DNA of 64,000 nt from Candidatus Aminicenantes bacterium. GTDB taxonomy: Bacteria; Acidobacteriota; Aminicenantia; Aminicenantales; Aminicenantaceae. Positions 53,676 to 60,660 of the stretch are shown here, in pieces. The position numbers and the translations under genes were made by a program. The stretch is taken from the NCBI GenBank assembly GCA_011772475.1, contig WVZK01000086.1:4406-68405 (forward strand), read 5' to 3'. Under the pieces are notes generated by a model. The model had not been told where the DNA came from and did not search any database. It was given only the letters and a program-made list of their open reading frames with translations. Position 1 is the stretch's first letter. The number at the start of each line of letters is the position of its first letter.

Positions 53676-56234
53676 ATGCGATTATCCGAGATTATTAGAC
53701 AGGCTTTCGAAGACCTGAAGGCACACCGACTACGAAGCATCCTCACGCTTTTTGGGATTATCTGGGGGATTATGGCCATAATGATCTTATTGGGATGGGG
53801 TTTTGGATTCCGCGATTATATGTGGGAAGGTATGCATAAAATCGGTGAGGACCTGGTTTTTTTTATGCCAGGTCACACTTCGATCGGAATTGGTGGGTAT
53901 AAAACCGGACGACCTATAGTACCGGAAATAAAGGATATCGAGGCTATTGAAATGCAATGTCCTTCAGTGGGCAAGATAAGCCCGCAGATGACACGGTGGT
54001 ACCAGGTAAAAGCCGAAACTGAAGCCCGAAGGTTCAATATTCGTGGTGTGCTGCCGGTGGCCAAGGAGATGAACAACTGGCAAGTGGCTAAAGGGCGATT
54101 TATCATTGATGACGATGTAAAAAATCGCAGGCGTTTTGCGTTTATCGGCAACAATATTAGAGAGCAGCTTTTTGGCGAAGAATCTAATCCAGTAGGAAAA
54201 AAGATCAAGATTCGTGGTGTAACCTTCTCTATTATAGGCTTAGCCGTTGAAAAAGAGCTTCAATTGTCTACCATAAACAGCCGGCATGATGACCAGGTTC
54301 TAGTTCCCCTAAGCACAGCCCAGCAATTATGGGGCGACGGGAAGAGCCTTAATCTCGTTTTTGCCTCTCCCAAGGAGAATTATAAATCCAGTCAAGTAGT
54401 TAAGGAGATACGTAGTCTCATGGCTGAACGTCATCATTTTGATCCCGATGATGAAGAAGCGTTGACGATTTTTGAATTTGCCTTTTTTGATAAGATGTTC
54501 AGTCTGCTCTCTCTCGGATTGAATAGTCTCTTGGGCCTAATAGGGATAATCACCTTGTTTATCGGCGGCGTTGGAGTAATGAACATAATGTTTGTCTCTG
54601 TGCAGGAACGCACGCGTGAGATAGGCATCCGTAAGTCAGTAGGAGCTAGGAAAAGGGACATCCGGCTCCATTTCTTAGCCGAAGCGCTGTTCATTACGAT
54701 GCTGGGTGGACTCATTGGTTTTCTGTTGGGGTCTGCTCTTCTGGGGGGAGTTAATCTTTTGCCTTTGCCCCGGTTCATTCCTCTTCCTCAGAACTCACCA
54801 GAGCTCTCGTTGATCGTTGTCTTGGTGATGATCTTGACCGGAGTTATTTCAGGATACATCCCAGCCAAAAACGCGGCCGAGATGGAGCCGGCTAAAGCCC
54901 TGCAGTATGAACGGGGTGAAACAGTTGTTGGTAAGAAAGTGCCAAAGCCCCTTTGGGTCTCGCGAACACTGACGGGTGAACTTATAGGACAAGCCTTTCT
55001 CGAGATTCGCAGCAGCAAATCCAGAAGTTTTCTCACCATGTTCGGAATTTTTTGGGGCATTGCTGCTGTGATTGTGCTTATAGGATTCGGTGCAGGTTTT
55101 CAGGGATTTTTCAACCGTGAATGGGGCAAGATGGGTGAAAAAACTATACACGTGAGAGGTGGTCGTGTTCAAAGCAAAAGAGGTACTTACAGAGAAGCGC
55201 GAAGAGTCCGGCTTTCAGAAAGAGACATAGACGCACTCTTAGCCTTTCCTGTTGAGATAGAGGTAGCCATACCAGAATATGATTGCGGACATCCGGTAGT
55301 GAAATACGGCAACGAAAACCGCGCTGTCCACACCCTGGGTGTGGTTCCAGATACTTCAGAGATGCGTAGTTTTAAAACCGCCTGGGGTCGGTTCATAAAT
55401 CAAGGAGATATTGAGGAAAGCAGGAGGGTCTGCTTTTTAGGATCGACTATTCAAGAGCGGCTTTTTGGGAGCCGCACTCGCGACGTCACAGGTGAGTATG
55501 TCAATATCAACGGAATTCGCTATCTGGTCGTAGGTACTTCTCAGCCAAAAGGATTTCAGCTTTCTATAAACATTTCCCTGGATGATGAAAAGATGCTTAT
55601 TCCGCTCACTGCAGCTCTTAAAGACTTCAGCGGAGAAAAATACATTTCTCGAATCCTTGTTTCGCCAGTAAGTAAAGAACGCTATAGGAAGACAGAATCG
55701 GAGATTCGCCAAGTTCTGTCCAAACTGCATAGGTTTGATCCTGAAGATGAAGATGCTTTAAATATTTTCAGCATGCTTGAAGGCACGGAATTCCTGGATT
55801 ATATCGTGCTGGCACTTCAGGTATTCTTGGGAGGAGTGGGAGTGATCACTCTAATGATCGGGGCTGTGGGAGTGATGAACATCATGTATTTTGTCGTCAC
55901 CCAGCGAACCCGGGAGATAGGCATTCGTAGAGCTGTCGGAGCGCTCAAGAGACATATTTTCCAGCAGCTCTTCACAGAGGCACTCGCAATCACATTTCTT
56001 AGCGGGCTTATCGGATTTGGGATCGGATGGAGCATAAACGCCGGCCTCACGGGTCTTGTTGCCTTCTTAAGAACTCAGAGCGTACAGCTTATGATGCTTT
56101 TTTCGCCCGAGAATTCTTTCCTTGCCTCCATAATTACAGTCTTTTTAATGATAGCAGCTGGCTTTTTGGCTGGGCTGACTCCAGCACTTCGAGCCATGCG
56201 CTTGGATATCGTTGATTCCTTACGCTACGAATAA
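53676..56234 (+). CDS. duplicated MacB/FtsX-type ABC permease (two MacB_PCD+FtsX modules fused; ADOP-like)
   Basis: 852 aa. Both halves start with a RS.LT.FGI.WGI helix and end with an FtsX motif (V.ERTREIGIRK.VGA / VTQRTREIGIRRAVGA). No ATPase gene is adjacent. Confidence 0.85.
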   Translation: MRLSEIIRQAFEDLKAHRLRSILTLFGIIWGIMAIMILLGWGFGFRDYMWEGMHKIGEDLVFFMPGHTSIGIGGYKTGRPIVPEIKDIEAIEMQCPSVGKISPQMTRWYQVKAETEARRFNIRGVLPVAKEMNNWQVAKGRFIIDDDVKNRRRFAFIGNNIREQLFGEESNPVGKKIKIRGVTFSIIGLAVEKELQLSTINSRHDDQVLVPLSTAQQLWGDGKSLNLVFASPKENYKSSQVVKEIRSLMAERHHFDPDDEEALTIFEFAFFDKMFSLLSLGLNSLLGLIGIITLFIGGVGVMNIMFVSVQERTREIGIRKSVGARKRDIRLHFLAEALFITMLGGLIGFLLGSALLGGVNLLPLPRFIPLPQNSPELSLIVVLVMILTGVISGYIPAKNAAEMEPAKALQYERGETVVGKKVPKPLWVSRTLTGELIGQAFLEIRSSKSRSFLTMFGIFWGIAAVIVLIGFGAGFQGFFNREWGKMGEKTIHVRGGRVQSKRGTYREARRVRLSERDIDALLAFPVEIEVAIPEYDCGHPVVKYGNENRAVHTLGVVPDTSEMRSFKTAWGRFINQGDIEESRRVCFLGSTIQERLFGSRTRDVTGEYVNINGIRYLVVGTSQPKGFQLSINISLDDEKMLIPLTAALKDFSGEKYISRILVSPVSKERYRKTESEIRQVLSKLHRFDPEDEDALNIFSMLEGTEFLDYIVLALQVFLGGVGVITLMIGAVGVMNIMYFVVTQRTREIGIRRAVGALKRHIFQQLFTEALAITFLSGLIGFGIGWSINAGLTGLVAFLRTQSVQLMMLFSPENSFLASIITVFLMIAAGFLAGLTPALRAMRLDIVDSLRYE

Positions 56235-56261
56235 GAAGCAAAGCGAAACACATAAGACAAT

Positions 56262-56290
56262 TTGACTAATTTCCCGTTTGTTGTTATTCT
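56262..56290 (+). promoter_or_regulatory. promoter TTGACT-N17-TATTCT
   Basis: Same hexamers and same 16-nt core (56281-56296) as the promoter at 24069-24097. Confidence 0.5.
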
Positions 56291-56321
56291 TTTGCCGAAA
56301 ATTCAAAGGGGAGAATGAACT

Positions 56322-56420
56322 ATGGAATGCCCCGCTTGTCATTTTAAAAATCCTGAAGATATATCCTATTGCGGCAAGTGCGGGAAGCAGCTGGCCGAGC
56401 TGAAAGGATTGTCTAAATGA
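56322..56420 (+). CDS. free-standing 32-aa zinc-ribbon mini-protein
   Basis: GGGGAG RBS 8 nt upstream. MECPACHFKNPEDISYCGKCGKQLAELKGLSK has the same CPxC-x-F/Y-x-NP-x4-F/Y-CGxCG spacing as the N-termini of both kinases. Confidence 0.5.
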   Translation: MECPACHFKNPEDISYCGKCGKQLAELKGLSK

Positions 56421-56584
56421 TTAATAAAAGCTTTACTGGATAAGTATATAGATGATGCATAAATAGATAGATATGCAGATAGACGGTGCGCATAAAGATA
56501 TCGATGAGGATTTAAGGGAAAGCCAATATGAAAAAATTATTCCCATCCCTTTATTCCATAAATCAATAAAAGGAGGGAAATGAT

Positions 56585-56878
56585 ATGTTTGCCCGTTTAC
56601 TCAGACTTCAAATCAAAATCAATCGGATAGATGAAGCCACAAAGCTCTTTGAGGAGAGCGTTATTCCGTTGTGCAAAGATAAGAAGGGTTATAAGGGAGC
56701 CTATTTCCTGACCGACCGTAAAACAGGTACAAGCATTCCTATAACCTTATGGCAAAGTGAAAAGGATATGCTTGCTACTGAAAGCAGCCATTTTTTCCAG
56801 GAACAGTTGGTCAAGTTCGTGAGATTTTTCAAAGGACCTCCTATTCGCGAAACCTACGAAGTGATCGTCCACGATTAA
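56585..56878 (+). CDS. ABM-like small protein (paralog of 24276..24569)
   Basis: 97 aa. AAGGAGGG RBS. TLWQSEKDMLA...PPIRETYEVIV. Confidence 0.6.
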   Translation: MFARLLRLQIKINRIDEATKLFEESVIPLCKDKKGYKGAYFLTDRKTGTSIPITLWQSEKDMLATESSHFFQEQLVKFVRFFKGPPIRETYEVIVHD

Positions 56879-56954
56879 ATGAAAGTGCGTTTATTTCTCT
56901 TCTTGGTTTCCGTCGGCTGAGTTATTCGGCTAAAAGTTTCCAATCGGCCTACCC

Positions 56955-57725
56955 TCATTTATCTTGAGACTGCTCTATAATAAATTCTGAAATCATATCC
57001 AGCATCTTTTCAAAGTGTGACGCCTCAGAGTATGTATGGTCTGCACCTTCAATTATTTCCAGACGGCAATTCTGGATTAAGCTTGCCGTCTTTTTACTCT
57101 GTTCGATAGGTACAGTCTCATCTTCATCTCCGTGAACAATCAACGCGGGAATCTTGATATTTTGGGCAGCCTCGTATGCCTTAACTTTTTCAGCTTCTTC
57201 ATAAAAAGAGTATTTTAATTTACGAGCTTCATCATCCACTCCGGTGACGTCGATGATTCCCTTTTCTTTCCAGTTCTTGATATCTTTTTCATCCACTCGA
57301 GAATGTATAAGGGCCGTATAATCTGATACCGGCGATTTTAGAGCCAGAACATACAGAGCATTTGATTTTGAGGCAGCTAGTATACTAGCCATCCCGCCAA
57401 AACTTGAACCGATAAGTCCAATTTTCTTGTAGTCTGATTCCTTCAGAAGCTTAATGGCGTTCTGGATATCGTCAACAGCTTCAAAAGTAGTTATCTCTTC
57501 GAATTTCCCTTCGCTTTCACCGTGCCCGAAAAAATCAAACCTAAAAGTGGAAATCCCTTTGTCATTCAGAATATCCTCCAGGCGTACATAGGTGCGGCCT
57601 TCCTTACTTGTGGAGAAACCATGACACAGAATTATAATCGGCTTTTCTTTCTGAGATGTGGGATTAGATAATATCCCACAAAGCTTGTCTCCTTTGCTGT
57701 TTTTAAAGTAAACCTTTTCTTTCAC
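56955..57725 (-). CDS. alpha/beta hydrolase (S9/dienelactone-hydrolase-like)
   Basis: HGF oxyanion region ILCHGFSTS, nucleophile elbow GSSFGG, HGDEDETVP, ADHTY. Confidence 0.8.
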   Translation of the reverse strand: MKEKVYFKNSKGDKLCGILSNPTSQKEKPIIILCHGFSTSKEGRTYVRLEDILNDKGISTFRFDFFGHGESEGKFEEITTFEAVDDIQNAIKLLKESDYKKIGLIGSSFGGMASILAASKSNALYVLALKSPVSDYTALIHSRVDEKDIKNWKEKGIIDVTGVDDEARKLKYSFYEEAEKVKAYEAAQNIKIPALIVHGDEDETVPIEQSKKTASLIQNCRLEIIEGADHTYSEASHFEKMLDMISEFIIEQSQDK

Positions 57726-57797
57726 GGGCGAGGTTGATCTCCAATATAACAGAATTATAGATTATACAGAATAATGAAGAGAATACCAGATGCACAT

Positions 57798-57875
57798 AAA
57801 AATGGGAGCAAAAAATGGGGCCACAAAAAATGGGGCCAGGCCCCAATAAAAATAAATGGGGCCTGGCCCCATTTT
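57798..57875. repeat. array of family-2 elements (AAAAATGGG half-sites plus two GGGGCC-N-GGCCCC palindromes)
   Basis: aaaaatgggagc aaaaaatggggcc acaaaaaatggggccaggcccca ... aaatggggcctggccccatttt, located 3' of the M28 gene. Confidence 0.7.
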
Positions 57876-57938
57876 CTACCATTTTTTTTACAGCTGATAA
57901 GGCTGAAAAAATTAATAATAGGGAAGGGATTTAAGCTC

Positions 57939-59612
57939 CTATTTTTTCTTTGCCGCCTCCATATCCGCATCTCTTTTTGCCTTGAATTCAGTTCCTTCTT
58001 TCCAGTTGGGAAATGTAGATTCCATGCTTAGCTTATAACCAACTCTGAAAAGTAGGCGAAGATCATCGATAGCACCCGAAAGGTCCCAGTTCGGGTTAAA
58101 CTCATCAGATGGTTTATGGTAATTTTCTGCTGTATATTTTTCCTTTCTGGCCAGAGTCCAATCTTCACCGTGTTCAACATGGTCAATGCCAGAACTTGTA
58201 TAAAGAGCAGGTATACCTTGTTTGGCAAACGGAAAATGATCTGAGCGGTAAAAAGAACCTTTTTCTGGCGTCGGATTCGGTCGAACTCTGCGTCCTTGCT
58301 CTTTAGCGGCAGCTTTAACATAATCGTCTAGCTCAGAGTTTCCGTAGCCAATAATTGTGATATCTTTCATCTTGCCATAAATATTGAGAGCATCCATATT
58401 GATAGCAGCTGCGGTTTTAGCTGTGGGGCAGACAGGATGAGTGGCATAGTATTGCGAGCCGAGAAGTCCCTGTTCCTCCGCGGTGGTTGCGAGAAAAATT
58501 ATCGACCGGGAGGGGAGTGATTCGAGCATCTTGAAAGCTTCTGCCAATTCGATAAGCGCAGCTGTCCCAGTAGCGTTGTCAAGCGCGCCGTTGAAAATTT
58601 GGTCTCCTTCAAGTGTTGAATCAATGCCAAAATGGTCCCAATGTGCCATATAGATGATGCATTCGTCAGCTCGATCTGCTCCGGGGAGAAGCGCTATCAC
58701 GTTATTTGACTTCGATTGCCTTAGACTGTTTATTAGAGTGACCGATGCCTTCAAGCCGAGAGGGATGGATTTAAATCCGCGCTTGGCTGCAGCAGGTTTT
58801 ATCTCGTCATAATCCAGGCCGGCGCTCTCAAAGATTTTGTGCGCAGTTTCAATCGTTACCCAGCCCTCAACAGCACAGCGGGATAAGTTTTTATCCTCGC
58901 TTATCAAGTAGAATTGGGGCCCAGTCCAGCCATTCTTAACGACTCCCCATGGATAAGCAGCGGGTTCGGTCTCGTGTATGATAAATACACCGGCGGCACC
59001 CTGCCGGGCAGCTTCTTCGAACTTATAAGTCCAGCGTCCGTAGTACGTCATGGCTCGACCTTTAAAAAATTCAGGATCTTTTGTAGCAAATCCAGGGTCG
59101 TTGACCAGCATCACAACAGTTTTACCACGCACATCAAGACCCTCATAATCATTCCAATCGTATTCAGGTGCAACTATGCCGTAGCCAACAAAGATCATTT
59201 CGGAATCATCCAGCGAAACCTTCTCTACGACTCGAAGTGTAACTCCCACAAATTCGTCGCCATAAGCAAAATGCATCGATTTTTTATCGCTTTTTATTTC
59301 GAGCTTAGTCACAGGGTCTGCAGTTATTTCCACCATCGGAAGCTCTTGGAAGAAACTCTCGCCGTTTCCTGGCTTTAAACCGACTTTTAGAAATTCCTCT
59401 TTTAAGAAGTTTATAGTCTTTTCCTCTCCCTTTGAATCTGGCGATCGCCCTTCAAATTCATCTGAAGAGAGGATTTCCACGTCCCTTGATAACTCCTCTG
59501 CTGTAATGCTCTCCAATGCTGCTTTCAATTCTTGATCTTTTTTTGCACATCCAAAAAAGAATAGAGCCAATAAGACCAGGGGGATTGCCGTCGAAAAGTA
59601 TTTTTTATTCAT
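57939..59612 (-). CDS. M28 family aminopeptidase with PA domain, lipoprotein
   Basis: GGAGGA RBS, lipobox FFFGC. MAHWDHFG, ALDNATGTAALIE, TTAEEQGLLGS, YRSDHFPF. Confidence 0.85.
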   Translation of the reverse strand: MNKKYFSTAIPLVLLALFFFGCAKKDQELKAALESITAEELSRDVEILSSDEFEGRSPDSKGEEKTINFLKEEFLKVGLKPGNGESFFQELPMVEITADPVTKLEIKSDKKSMHFAYGDEFVGVTLRVVEKVSLDDSEMIFVGYGIVAPEYDWNDYEGLDVRGKTVVMLVNDPGFATKDPEFFKGRAMTYYGRWTYKFEEAARQGAAGVFIIHETEPAAYPWGVVKNGWTGPQFYLISEDKNLSRCAVEGWVTIETAHKIFESAGLDYDEIKPAAAKRGFKSIPLGLKASVTLINSLRQSKSNNVIALLPGADRADECIIYMAHWDHFGIDSTLEGDQIFNGALDNATGTAALIELAEAFKMLESLPSRSIIFLATTAEEQGLLGSQYYATHPVCPTAKTAAAINMDALNIYGKMKDITIIGYGNSELDDYVKAAAKEQGRRVRPNPTPEKGSFYRSDHFPFAKQGIPALYTSSGIDHVEHGEDWTLARKEKYTAENYHKPSDEFNPNWDLSGAIDDLRLLFRVGYKLSMESTFPNWKEGTEFKAKRDADMEAAKKK

Positions 59613-59646
59613 TGATTATCCTCCATGAAATATTTATTTTCATATT

Positions 59647-59766
59647 GTAGGGGCTTGATTCATCAAGTCCACCTTATATATTTGTTTTTTTTCAAAATGT
59701 GGGTTTGATAAATCAAACCCCTACTCAACCTGAATCAAGCTCTTATGCATGAATCAAGCCTCTACA
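59647..59766. repeat. family-1 REP elements in both orientations
   Basis: Forward copy 59647-59674, reverse copy 59698-59724, reverse partial copies 59730-59766. Confidence 0.8.
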
Positions 59767-59960
59767 AGAAATAATTCGAACGCCTCACATGTATTAAGCA
59801 TTATCTTTGCGCTGCGAATAACATTTAGTTTTTATACTATTCTTAATTTAAAAATCAAATGATTTTCAACGGGAGTTCGGATATATAAAGAAAACTACTT
59901 CCTGGTTGCTGACAACTAAATAATTGGCGTGAGCTAAGAAAACAGTAAAATGAAAAAAAG

Positions 59961-59990
59961 TTCTTTTCTCTAAGAGCATTTTGGTATAAT
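59961..59990 (+). promoter_or_regulatory. extended -10 promoter (TGgTATAAT) for the lipoprotein-kinase operon
   Basis: TATAAT at 59985-59990 preceded by TGG. Weak -35 TTCTTT at 59961-59966. Confidence 0.4.
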
Positions 59991-60009
59991 GATTTTTAGG
60001 AGAGACACG

Positions 60010-60630
60010 ATGCTTAGAAAAAGTTTGTTGATTTATATCTTATTCATGTTTATCGCCTGTGGCCCTAAAGTGCTGGTTCCTCCCGAGATCGACTTATTGC
60101 CTTATGAAAAAGTTGGATTAATTTCCTTTTCAGTCGAAAATGCTGAAGGGCAGCTGGATGAGATGGCAACACAGCGTTTTTTGCAGGAAATTACCAGATT
60201 TCAAAGAGGGGTTCAGGTTATTGAACTCGGCCCCCTTGAGAAAGTCCTGGAAAAGATCAACGAAACAAGCCTGGATCAAGAAGCAAAGAGTGCTATCGGG
60301 GAATATTTTGGTGTGGCATCGTTTTTTCATGGAGAAATTAAAATCTCTGAGGTCAAGCCCGACGTAGACATTGGAGCGCTAATAAAGAGCCTAAGAGTAG
60401 GGGCGAGTTTTAATATTTCAATGACGGCCAGACTTTTTTCAACCGAAACAGGAGCAACCCTGTGGACGGACTCAGTTTTAAGGAAAGAGTCTTTAGCAAA
60501 CATGAGTATTAGTCAAGACCAGATTCCCTATTTTGATGTTAAAGACCAGGATGAGACTCAAAAAAGATTAATTGAATACATGGTCCATGAATTGACCCGG
60601 GACTTCCGCCCAACGAAAAGGCGTCTATAA
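60010..60630 (+). CDS. lipoprotein of unknown function
   Basis: Start set to ATG 60010 (AGGAGAG RBS), lipobox FIACG. Alpha/beta pattern resembles the periplasmic modules of the kinases. Confidence 0.55.
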   Translation: MLRKSLLIYILFMFIACGPKVLVPPEIDLLPYEKVGLISFSVENAEGQLDEMATQRFLQEITRFQRGVQVIELGPLEKVLEKINETSLDQEAKSAIGEYFGVASFFHGEIKISEVKPDVDIGALIKSLRVGASFNISMTARLFSTETGATLWTDSVLRKESLANMSISQDQIPYFDVKDQDETQKRLIEYMVHELTRDFRPTKRRL

Positions 60631-60660
60631 AAGTTATTTAAGCTTTCAAATTTTAAGCCC

